Origin: a bacterium
Lineage (GTDB): Bacteria; Electryoneota; Electryoneia; Electryoneales; Electryoneaceae
Length of the DNA stretch: 64,000 nucleotides
Assembly (NCBI GenBank): GCA_963675295.2
Contig: CAXXKJ010000002.1
Coordinates: 3,872,001 to 3,936,000 of the forward strand
Direction: 5' to 3'
A program made the translations under genes and the position numbers. Below are positions 9,306 through 19,200 of this stretch, one piece after another; the first letter of the stretch is position 1; every line of letters begins with the position of its first letter. The notes under the pieces are model-generated. The model did no database searches and was not told the DNA's origin. It saw only the letters and a program-made list of their open reading frames with translations.

Positions 9306-10244
9306 ATGAACGTGTTGCTGACCGGCGGCGCCGGTTTCATCGGATCGCACATCGCCGACCATTTGCTGGCGGCGGGGCATGACGTTTTCGTGATCGACAA
9401 CTTGTCCAGCGGACGGCGCTCGAATGTGCCGGATGGCGCGGTTTTCCGCGAGATGGACATCCGTTCGGATGAAGTGGAAGCGCTGTGGGCGGAGCACAAG
9501 TTCGACACGATGGTGCATTTCGCGGCGCAGATCAATGTGCGGTCCAGCGTCGAGGATCCGAAGAACGATTGCGACATCAACCTGATGGGCATCCTGAACC
9601 TGCTGGAAGCGGGCCGTCGCCACGGGTTGAAGCGGGTCGTGTTCGCCGGTTCCGGCGGCGCGGCGTTCAATGATGACGTTCCGTTCCCGACGCCGGAAAC
9701 GGTTCCGGGCGTGCCGATGTCGCAGTATGGTGTCGCCAAGATCACGTCCGAACATTATCTGCGCGTCTACCGTGCGGCGTACGGAATCAACTACACGGTG
9801 ATGCGGATCGGGAACGCGTACGGTCCGCGGCAGAACCCGCACGGCGAGGCGGGCGTGATCGCCATCTTCAGCCAGAAGATGCTGAACGGCGAGACGCCGG
9901 TGATTTACGGCACCGGTTTGCAGACGCGTGACTATGTGTTCTGCGAGGATCTGGCGCGGCTGTGCGTGATCGCGCTGGAGAAGATGAATGATCGCATCTA
10001 CCACGCTGGTACGGGCCGTGAGACAAACGTCGTGCAGCTGTACGAAACGATCCGGGACGCGGTCGGTTGCGAGATCGAAGCGGAATTCCAGCCGGCGAAA
10101 ACGGGTGAGGTGATGCGTTCCTGCCTCGACTCCAGCCGTGCAAAGGAAGAGCTTGGCTGGTCGCCGGAGGTCACTTTGGAAGAGGGGCTGCAGAAGACGG
10201 TTGACTTTTTCCGGCGTCAGATGAAAGACCCGGACGCTCGGTAA
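9306..10244 (+). CDS. NAD-dependent nucleotide-sugar epimerase (UDP-Glc/GlcNAc 4-epimerase-like)
   Basis: TGGAGFIGSH, YGVAK (YxxxK), NAYGPRQNPHGEAGV, QTRDYV. Confidence 0.93.
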   Translation: MNVLLTGGAGFIGSHIADHLLAAGHDVFVIDNLSSGRRSNVPDGAVFREMDIRSDEVEALWAEHKFDTMVHFAAQINVRSSVEDPKNDCDINLMGILNLLEAGRRHGLKRVVFAGSGGAAFNDDVPFPTPETVPGVPMSQYGVAKITSEHYLRVYRAAYGINYTVMRIGNAYGPRQNPHGEAGVIAIFSQKMLNGETPVIYGTGLQTRDYVFCEDLARLCVIALEKMNDRIYHAGTGRETNVVQLYETIRDAVGCEIEAEFQPAKTGEVMRSCLDSSRAKEELGWSPEVTLEEGLQKTVDFFRRQMKDPDAR

Positions 10245-10627
10245 AAGATTGTCCGTTGTGACCTGTGTCACGCGAACGTATCAAGTTTTTTCAGACAATT
10301 GCCGACGTAACGTACAGGACCTTGAGTTCCACCCGGATGTTTCGATACACGGTTTTTGGCGCGAAATCGTGAAACCGCATGTATAGCTAGTATCTACGGG
10401 CTTTGACCGGTGTGGGCGGACTGCTCGCACCTTGCAACCTTGATCGCGGCTACAGTGGGCCCACCGTTTGTTCGTTCGTAAGTTGTGGGATTCGTTTCTG
10501 GCGTGAACTCCAAACTTGATGGCATCAAGTTGCAACCGGAACAGGTGTTCCGGGAACGGATCCATGTGAGCATGGGGGACTGCGGTATGAGTCGCAGCCA
10601 CGGGTCCGCAACGTTCGGATCCGCTGT

Positions 10628-12580
10628 ATGATCATGTACATCCACTACATCACCAGCAAGCGCCATATGAGCGCGGTGGTGAAGTACTCCATCGATACGG
10701 TGGCGATCATCCTCGCGTTTTCCATCGCGGCGTTGATCGTGCCCGCCTCGTTGTGGACCGTTCAGACGGTGTGGTCGTTTGTGCTGTACACCGCTGTCCT
10801 GATCGCCTACCGTCATCTCAGCTTTCTGATCCTGCGGAATCATACGTCGATCTGGCGCTATTCAAGTATCGTCGACCTGTACAAGTTGATGCAGGGCGCG
10901 GCGATGGGGTCGTTGCTGTTTTACATCACCGACCTGTTCACGTTGCCGCATGAAGTTCCGCCGCTGGTGCTGTTCATTGAGCTGCTGTTGTTTCTGTTCT
11001 TCAGCGGCGGTGCACGGGTGTTGATCCGCCGCATCTTCGAGTTGTACATCGAGCATCCGGAGGGAACATCCAGCACGCAGAACGTGCTGATTTACGGCGC
11101 GGGGCGTGCGGGTGAACTGCTGATCCGCAACATCAAGACCTCGAAAAACATCGGGATCAACCTCGTCGGGATCGTGGACGATGACCCGTTCAAGCGAGGG
11201 CGTCGCATCCACAACGTGCCGGTGATCGGCACGGGCACCGACATCAAGCGGCTGGCGGACGAGTACAAGATTCACGAGATCTACTTCGCGGTTGCGTCGT
11301 TGAACGGTGTGCAGACGCGGCGTTTACTGAAGCTGATCGATGATCAGGTCCGGGACGGTGTGAAGGTCAAGATCATGCCGGGCCTGAAGGATCTCGTCGG
11401 TGGCCGGGTGACGGTCAATCAGTTGCGTAACGTCGAGATCAAGGACTTGTTGCGCCGCAGTCCGGTCGAACTGGACAAAACGCCGGTCCTGCGGATGATC
11501 AAGGACCAGAAGATCCTGATCGTTGGCGGTGGCGGCAGCATCGGCAGCGAACTCTGCCGGCAGGTGGCTTCGGCCAACCCGAAAGAGCTGCTGATCATGG
11601 ATTCCAGCGAGTTTTCCGTATACCAGATCACGGAACAATTGCTGCAATCCCACCCGCAGGTGCGTGTGCATCCGATCGTGCTGGACGCCTGCCGTGAGCC
11701 GCAGGTACGCAAGATGTTCGAGTTGCATCGCCCGGATCACGTTTTCCACGCGGCGGCGTACAAGCACGTCCCGTTGATGGAAGCGAACGTGATGTCGGCG
11801 GTGTACAACAACGTCAAGGCGACGATTGTGCTCAGCAAGATCGCGGTTGACTTCGGCGTCAAGCGGTTTGTGCTGATTTCATCGGACAAGGCGGTTCAGC
11901 CGACGAACGTGATGGGCGCGACGAAGCGGATGTGCGAGCTGGTAGTGCTGAACGCGAGCGCGGCGCAGTCGACGAAGTTCATGGCGGTGCGGTTCGGGAA
12001 CGTGCTTGGCAGTTCGGGCAGCGTGATCCCGAAATTCAAGGAGCAAATCGCCAAGGGCGGGCCGGTGACGGTCACCCATCCAGAGATCACACGGTACTTC
12101 ATGCTGATCCCGGAGGCGGTTGAATTGGTGCTTCAGGCTGGCGCGATTGGAGAAAATTCGAGCATCTATGTGCTCGACATGGGCGAGCCGATCCGGATCC
12201 ACGATCTCGCCGAATACATGATCAAGTTGTCCGGCCTGACTCCGGGTGAGGACATTAAGATCGACTACACCGGGCTCCGTCCTGGTGAGAAGATGCACGA
12301 ATCGTTGCATCTGGACGGCGAGGAGTGCAACACCAGCATTCCGGACCTGATGATTCTCCGGTCGGCGCATCTGCCGGACGATTCGTTCCTGCAACGTGTG
12401 GACGAATATGCCGAGCAGTGCATGACGATCGACGAGAAGACCGCTCGGGCGCGATTGAAGGAATTCGTGCCGGAATACAGCGCTCCGGTGCCTGCGATCA
12501 AGCTGACCAGCCAGGTTCGTGTTCCGGTTCCGGACACCAATGGTGGCAGCAACGGCGGGCATCATGCCGGGCTGAATTGA
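10628..12580 (+). CDS. Membrane-bound UDP-GlcNAc 4,6-dehydratase (PglF/WbpM/CapD family)
   Basis: Four N-terminal TM helices; LIYGAGRAG, GGGGSIGSEL, HAAAYKHVP, SSDKAV.PTNVMGATKR, VRFGNVLGSSGSV. Confidence 0.95.
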   Translation: MIMYIHYITSKRHMSAVVKYSIDTVAIILAFSIAALIVPASLWTVQTVWSFVLYTAVLIAYRHLSFLILRNHTSIWRYSSIVDLYKLMQGAAMGSLLFYITDLFTLPHEVPPLVLFIELLLFLFFSGGARVLIRRIFELYIEHPEGTSSTQNVLIYGAGRAGELLIRNIKTSKNIGINLVGIVDDDPFKRGRRIHNVPVIGTGTDIKRLADEYKIHEIYFAVASLNGVQTRRLLKLIDDQVRDGVKVKIMPGLKDLVGGRVTVNQLRNVEIKDLLRRSPVELDKTPVLRMIKDQKILIVGGGGSIGSELCRQVASANPKELLIMDSSEFSVYQITEQLLQSHPQVRVHPIVLDACREPQVRKMFELHRPDHVFHAAAYKHVPLMEANVMSAVYNNVKATIVLSKIAVDFGVKRFVLISSDKAVQPTNVMGATKRMCELVVLNASAAQSTKFMAVRFGNVLGSSGSVIPKFKEQIAKGGPVTVTHPEITRYFMLIPEAVELVLQAGAIGENSSIYVLDMGEPIRIHDLAEYMIKLSGLTPGEDIKIDYTGLRPGEKMHESLHLDGEECNTSIPDLMILRSAHLPDDSFLQRVDEYAEQCMTIDEKTARARLKEFVPEYSAPVPAIKLTSQVRVPVPDTNGGSNGGHHAGLN

Positions 12581-12811
12581 GCGGAGTTTTCAGGCTGATT
12601 TTGACGTCAACAAGAAGTGTGGATCATCGTGCGAACTGCCCGCTGATCCGGAAAATCCGAAGAAGTTCCTAGTGTTTCGGGGTTTGCTGGTGAGGCGCAA
12701 GACCGGGCCTCGGATGCATCTTGCATCTTGATCCTGAGCGCTGAGGGTGTTAACCTTCGGAATCATTCATACATTTGTACCGACACAGTACATGTCTGGA
12801 AGGAAATCGAG

Positions 12812-14299
12812 ATGAAGAGGGGTCTCCGTACGGTGCGCGGTTGGAACGGGCCTTTGGCGGCGCTGATGCTGGTCATGTTCCTGCTGATGCTCACGCTGCC
12901 GGCGGCATGGGCTCAAGGCAGCTCGAAAATGGTGTACCTCCGGGGACAGGTTCGTGACCCCGGCGAGCACCCGATCTCCCAGAACCCGACGCTCTACCAA
13001 CTGCTCATCAACCACTCGGGCTTGACGGATGACAGGTTCCGCGAAGAGGTGTACGAATCTCGCGGGGAAGTTGTCCGCACGACAGAGGGTGACGAAGGGC
13101 CGGAGATCATCTCTTTCAGTGTGATCGACGTGTTGAACCAGGAACCGGGCAGCAACATCCCGTTGCAGCCGCAGGACATGGTTCGCATTTACAAGAAAGA
13201 GGTGACGAAGGCTTTTGAGAACTACGTCTGGATCACCGGGTATGTGAAATACCCCGGCCGGTACGAAATGACGCGCGACATGTCGCTCGCTGACCTGCTG
13301 CTGCGGGCTGGTGGGTTCGCGCCGGAAGCGTACATGCTGGACGCCGAGGTGAGCCGTGTCGAGTTGCACGGGATTCCGGGCGATACGTTGAACCGGACGT
13401 TTGACGTTCAGATGCTGCACACGTACAACGTGGTGCAGAACCCGGAAGACGTGCTTTCGTTGATCTACCAGGGCGCGACTCCGGCATCGAACTTCAAGAT
13501 GCAGGCGTACGACCAGGTTCATGTCCGTCGCAGTCCGGATATCACGTTGCCGAACAACGTCGTGATCGAGGGCCAGGTGCTGTACCCGGGGACGTACACG
13601 CTGGAACGGCGTGACGAAACTCTGAGCGAGATCATTGACCGTGCGGGTGGGTTGACATCCGATGCTTACATGGCCGGTGGGCAGTTGCTGCGTGCCGCGC
13701 CTGATGAAGGGCTCGACCTGACCATCGAGGAATTGCGCAAGGAAGTGAAGAACGCGCGCGAGGAGATGGAAATCCGTGAGCGTGCGGTGCGTACCATGTC
13801 CGGTGGCGGTGTTACCGGCAACACGCAGGCGCAGGGTGGCTTCCCGTTGCTGAACAACAGCCGTCTGGGTGATGCGACCGCCGAGATCCTCGAATCGTAC
13901 GAGTTCGCGATCCGCCGTTACCAGGACGCCAAGGAGAACTACGAAGCGGCGATGGCGTTGAAGCGTGGCATGAAGCGCATCAACGTCGACTTCTACGCCC
14001 TGCTGCAGAAGGGTGACATGAAGCAGGACGTCGTGCTGATGGAAGGCGACAAGATCATCATCCCGAAGGCACCGGGCACAGTCACCGTGCTGGGCCAGGT
14101 GAACAACCCGGGTATCTACGATCACGCCCCCGGCAAGACGATGGAATACTACATCATGATCGCCGGTGGAAAAACCGACATCGCGGGCGATGCGGTGCTG
14201 ACGCAACCGTCCGGCTACAGCTACTCGCTCGACTTCCTCAGCAACCCGAATGTGCAGGAAGGCGCGGTGGTTCGTGTGCTGCGTGATCGGCCGAACTGA
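12812..14299 (+). CDS. SLBB-repeat polysaccharide export protein with coiled-coil insert
   Basis: Signal peptide; four SLBB units (G.V..PG.Y...L..L...AGG). Confidence 0.85.
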   Translation: MKRGLRTVRGWNGPLAALMLVMFLLMLTLPAAWAQGSSKMVYLRGQVRDPGEHPISQNPTLYQLLINHSGLTDDRFREEVYESRGEVVRTTEGDEGPEIISFSVIDVLNQEPGSNIPLQPQDMVRIYKKEVTKAFENYVWITGYVKYPGRYEMTRDMSLADLLLRAGGFAPEAYMLDAEVSRVELHGIPGDTLNRTFDVQMLHTYNVVQNPEDVLSLIYQGATPASNFKMQAYDQVHVRRSPDITLPNNVVIEGQVLYPGTYTLERRDETLSEIIDRAGGLTSDAYMAGGQLLRAAPDEGLDLTIEELRKEVKNAREEMEIRERAVRTMSGGGVTGNTQAQGGFPLLNNSRLGDATAEILESYEFAIRRYQDAKENYEAAMALKRGMKRINVDFYALLQKGDMKQDVVLMEGDKIIIPKAPGTVTVLGQVNNPGIYDHAPGKTMEYYIMIAGGKTDIAGDAVLTQPSGYSYSLDFLSNPNVQEGAVVRVLRDRPN

Positions 14300-14323
14300 T
14301 CGGCTGACACGTTGTGAGACTTC

Positions 14324-14351
14324 AAAGCCCCGGAAAATTCCGGGGCTTTTT
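14324..14351. terminator. Bidirectional intrinsic terminator
   Basis: aaagccccggaa-aa-ttccggggcttttt between convergent genes. Confidence 0.85.
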
Positions 14352-14416
14352 CATGGCGTGTGACGGTTCAAGTGCGGACAGCGTTTTTCTTGTTATGCTG
14401 CATTTCAAGTGCGGAC

Positions 14417-14575
14417 AATCCCGACCAGCAAGCTGGTCGGGGCACACGCGAACAGGGGTCATCCGTCATCCCCGTTCCGCGGCAACGAAGCTTCCGCGGG
14501 CATCGTCCCGGCTCCCTCCGCAGAAGCGGTTTCTGCCTCGCGGGCACCATGTGACGGCCACGATCAACCGTGGCA
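14417..14575. repeat. Cluster of four co-oriented REP-like hairpins, each ending in GGCA
   Basis: Family A at 14417-14444; ccgcgg..ccgcgg-gca 14477-14502; ccgc..gcgg-gca 14518-14546; ccacg..cgtgg-ca 14558-14575. Confidence 0.65.
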
Positions 14576-14580
14576 CGTGC

Positions 14581-15630
14581 CTACTCCTCCAACCGCGCCT
14601 TGAGCGTGTCGATGGTCGGGATTGGGGATGGGTCCACCCCCTGCGCCAACGCCAGCCAGTAGCTCAGCCAGTCGCCGATCACGGTCAGCTCCATCATCCG
14701 CGCGAGGGTACTCTGCGTGCGTGGCGTAATGGTCTGCGCGGTCCACCCGGCGGCGCGCGCGAGCTCAGCGGTAAGCGGGATGCGTTTGCGGACATCAGCG
14801 GGTGCGTCCGGATCGTCCAGCAGGATCACGTCGTACCACTGCCCCCACTCCCCGCCTTCGACGTACGGCACCACCTCGTTGTGGTTCATCTCCGGCATCA
14901 CGCCCCATTGCGCCGCACGTTTGGCGTTCTCGTTGATCTGCGCCGCCCAGCGACGTGCGACGGGGACAAGCGTCCCGCTGCCGTAAATCATAGGGTGCTT
15001 CTTCAACGTCTCGGTGAGGAAGCCGTACACCGGGTGGTCGATCCCCTCCGGCGCAACGGACAGCGTGTCGGTCAGTTCGTTGATGACCTGCAGCGTTTCC
15101 TTGTACGCTTCGTCCGTGATCGTAACCCAGCCATGCTGCTGGAACGCACCCAGCGCGGTCGAGAACGCTTCGCCGAGAGCCGCGCGTGGCATGCGGCCAC
15201 CATGCACGGTCCATGTCTCAAAGCCGATCTCCTTCGCCATCGCCGCCAGTTTGCCGCCGGAGGTGAGGGCGTAGAGGGTGCAACCGCGGTCGATTGCTTC
15301 CTGTGCGGTGGCAAGGGTTTCCGCGGTGTTGCCGGAATAGCTGGCGAGGATGACAGCGGTGCCGGAGCCTGCCCATTTCGGCAACGGGCCGCCGCGATGA
15401 ACGGTCAACGGGAACGGCGCGGAGTCGCTGAGCAATCCCGCGAGGAAGTCGCCGCCGATGGCGCTGCCGCCCATGCCGGCCCAGATGACGGCGGATGGAA
15501 CGGGTGCGTCCGGGTAAGCTTTCGCCGCTTCCTGTCCCTGCGCCCAGCCGGTGCGGACCTGATCGGGCCAGGAGAGGATGTCGGCGTGCATATTTCGAGC
15601 ATCCACATCCCGTTTCTCGCTGAACTCCAT
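14581..15630 (-). CDS. Bifunctional phosphoglucose/phosphomannose isomerase (SIS family)
   Basis: GMGGSAIGG, SYSGNTAET, MPRAA, RW..QINENAK, PEMNHNE, GVDP; GGAGG RBS. Confidence 0.93.
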   Translation of the reverse strand: MEFSEKRDVDARNMHADILSWPDQVRTGWAQGQEAAKAYPDAPVPSAVIWAGMGGSAIGGDFLAGLLSDSAPFPLTVHRGGPLPKWAGSGTAVILASYSGNTAETLATAQEAIDRGCTLYALTSGGKLAAMAKEIGFETWTVHGGRMPRAALGEAFSTALGAFQQHGWVTITDEAYKETLQVINELTDTLSVAPEGIDHPVYGFLTETLKKHPMIYGSGTLVPVARRWAAQINENAKRAAQWGVMPEMNHNEVVPYVEGGEWGQWYDVILLDDPDAPADVRKRIPLTAELARAAGWTAQTITPRTQSTLARMMELTVIGDWLSYWLALAQGVDPSPIPTIDTLKARLEE

Positions 15631-16026
15631 CCTTCCTCCGAGATTTGTATGACAATTGTGTGTCTCTTGCACTCATCTTCCGCGCTGCAACGGATTCCTG
15701 GTTTTCATCCAGGCTCGTTCCAGCGGAGTGGTAAGCTACGGAAATCGTGTACGCCAAGGTGCGGCAAACTCAGTCCTCTCACAGTCTCTCAGCGATTCCG
15801 ATTTGATGCCGAGTTGACCGGTCTGTGCCGTATGCGTATGTTTGCAAGCCCTAACTTTGATCGATACGTGAGAATCAGCCTGCGAGAGGGTGGAATTGAA
15901 ACGCTCGTTTAAAACTCGCGATTGAAAGCGTTTCCGGCGGGTTGTAGGTCCGTCAACGAGAAGTAGCGGGTCTGTTGAAAACGGGGTCAGCGAAAAGCAG
16001 CGTCTTGTCCGGTGCTGCCGGATTCG

Positions 16027-16039
16027 TAACCCGTTGATA
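16027..16039. promoter_or_regulatory. IHF-consensus-like site in divergent region upstream of PKS1
   Basis: taacccgttgata matches YAANNNNTTGATW exactly; could be chance. Confidence 0.3.
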
Positions 16040-16268
16040 ATCAAGTGTGAATTCGGAGCCAATGCGAGCTTGATGCGACCTGCGTCACAGTACTCCGACC
16101 TTTTGATTATCACTTTCGCAGCCGTGCATCTTACGGTTGAAACATATTGATTTCAGTCAGTCTGCGGCTTTGGCTGGATGTGGAGAAATGACACATCGAT
16201 CCCGTGCAGATGCGGACAATTTTCGATACTTCCCGGGTGGATGACCCGGTCAGCAAAGGATTGCTTAC

Positions 16269-19200
16269 ATGTCGTTGAATCGGTTTGAACGGATCACTTT
16301 GAGCCCTCTCGGTTTGCGTGAGCCTGGTGTCGCGATCTCCGCGGCGAAGGCTGGATTCACCGGTTTGCTGGACGCCGAGTTCTGCGTTGACGCTGATCGT
16401 GCGCGTGTGTCGCTGGAGATGTTGCTGAAGCGCACGGCGAACGCCACCGGTCGCATCGGGCTCCGTCTGCATGCGGATCAGGTGAAGCCGTTGCAGCCGC
16501 TGCTTGAGATGCTTGCCGATCAGGATCACATCGTGCTGCTGGCTGGCGTGTCCGCGAAGAATCACGCCGACGTGTTAAAAGCGCTACCGAAGGCTGACCA
16601 ACGCTCGATCTGGCTGGAAATTCTCGATTCTCAGGTCGCGACGGAGCTGCTGAAGCAGAAACAGCAGCCGGAAGCGTGGGTGATGAAGGGCCATGAGGGC
16701 GCGGGCTGGGTTGGTGACGACACGACGTACATCCTGCTGCAGAAGCTGGCGAAGTTGGAGAAGACGCCGCCGGTGTATGTCCAAGGCGGTCTGGGTGTGC
16801 ATGCCGCTGCGGCGTGCAAGGTTGCCGGCGCGGACGGGATCGTGCTCGACGACCAGTTGTTGCTGATGCCGGAATCGCCGTTGCCGTTGTCCTGGAAGCA
16901 GTATTTCGAGGGGCTGAACGGCAAGGAAGCGGTTGCGTACGGTGAGCGTCTGCTCGCGCCGGTGCGGGTGTTCGCGCGTCCCGGGTTCCCGGTTAACGAC
17001 GACCTGATGGCGCAGGCGGACGCGCTTGAGGTTGAGAATGACCTGACGGAAAATGGTGTTGCCAAGTGGCGCGGGATTGCGTCCGAGCGGATCGGCTGGG
17101 GCGAACCGGGCGTGCTCGGCTGGCCGGTCGGGCAGGGCATCGGGTTCGCTGCACGCTACCGTGACAAATACAAAAGCGTCGCCAAGCTGTTGCGTGTGAT
17201 CGGCAACGAGATCGACGACCACATTCGTGCGGCGAAAGAGCAGCAGACGATGGCGCCGGACTCGCCGTTGGCGAAGCGGCACCGGACGAAATATCCGTTG
17301 GTTCAGGGCCCGATGAGCCGTGTCAGCGACCGGGCGGAGATGTCGGATGTGATCAGCCGGGAAGGTGCATTGCCGACGCATGCCCTCGGCACGATGCCGC
17401 CGCAGGTTGTCGCTGATTTGCTGAAGAAGAGTGTCGAGCTGCACGGCGACCGGTCGTGGGGTGTTGGCTTCATCGGCTTTTTACCGCAGGAGCTGTACGA
17501 CCAGCAGTTGGCAGAGGTAATCAAGGTCAAGCCGCCGTTCGCGATTATCGCCGGCGGACGTCCCGACCAGGCGAACAAGCTGGAAGAGCACGGGATTTCG
17601 ACGTACATCCATGCGCCGACGCCTGAACTGTTGAAGATGTACTACGAGTCGGGCGCGCGGAAATTCATCTTCGAGGGGCGGGAGTGCGGCGGCCACATCG
17701 GGCCGTTGTGCAGCTTCCCGTTGTGGGAATCGGTGATTGACGCATTCCTCGAGATGGTGCCAAAGGGCAAGGAAGCAGACGTCCAGGTGTTGTTCGCCGG
17801 TGGTGTCAGTGACCGGCTGTCCTCCGCGATGGTCAGCGCGATGGCGTCGCCGCTGGTCGCGCGTGGGATGAATGTCGGCTGCCTCGTCGGTACCGCCTAC
17901 CTGTTCGCAAAGGAATCGGTGGACACAGGGACAATCACGAAGCTGTACCAGGACACGGCGATCAAGTGCGACCGGACGGTGAACATGGAAGTCGGTCCGG
18001 GTCACGCCAACCGTGCCTGCGACACCCCGCTCGCCAGTGAGTTCAATGCGACCCGCCGCCAGATGCTGAAAGACAAGCGTCCCGGCGCGGAAATCCGTGA
18101 AGAGTTGGACCGGTTCACGCTCGGAAGGCTCGCGATTGCGACCAAGGGCCAGCATTTCAGCGCCGAAGGCATCCGTGACGTCGACGACAAGGAGCAGTAC
18201 CAGACCGGCTTTTACATGATCGGGCAGGTGTGCACGATGCGTGACCGTGCGACGACGGTCCAGGAGCTGCACACCGAAATCTGTGATGGCGCGGTTGAAC
18301 AGCTCGACTCGTTCGTGTTGCCGGAACCGGTCAAAGTGCAGGCTGAACCAAACCCGTGCGACATCGCCATTGTTGGCATTGCCTCGACCATGCCGCAGGC
18401 GAAAACGATGGACGAGTTCTGGGAAAATGTGCTGACGCACAAAGATGTGATTGAGGAGATCCCGAAGCACCGTTGGGACCCGGAGATCTACTACGACCAG
18501 GACCGCACCGCGCGTGACCGCAGCTACTCGAAGTGGGGCGGATTTGTCCCGGAAATGGCGTTCAACCCGGTGGCGTACGGCATCGCGCCGATCTCGATGA
18601 GCAGCATCGAACCGATGCAGGTCATGTCGTTGGAGATGGCGAAGAAGGCGTTGGAAGACGCCGGATATGGCGATGGCAGTTACCCGCGTGAACGCACCGG
18701 TGTAATCCTTGGTGCGGCGGGATCGACGGGCGACTTTGGCCTGATGCTGACGGCTCGCACGACGATGGAGCGTTTCGTTCCCTATATCCCGGAGGATACG
18801 TGGGAACGGATGCCGGAGTGGACGGAGGAAGCGTTCGCTGGTGGATTGTACAACGTGACCGCCGGCCGGATTGCCAACCGACTCAATATGAGCGGGATCA
18901 ACTTCACGGTTGATTCGGCGTGTGCGTCCTCGTTGACCTCGGTCGCGATGGCGATCTCCGAACTGGAATTGGGCAACGCCGACATGATGATCACCGGCGG
19001 TGTTGACCTGCAGCAGCATATCGGCAGTTACATCAGCTTTGCGAAGACCCATGCCCTCTCGCCCACCGGCAAGAGCCGCTCGTTCGACAAGAACGCGGAC
19101 GGGATTGTGCTGGCGGAAGGTGTGACGGTGCTGGTGCTGAAGCGTCTGGCGGACGCTGAGCGCGACGGCGACCACATTTACGCCAAGATCAAGAGCTGGG

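Noticed and set aside
14314-15912. 532-aa plus-strand ORF
   Set aside because: Antisense to PGI/PMI and runs through a terminator and REP cluster.
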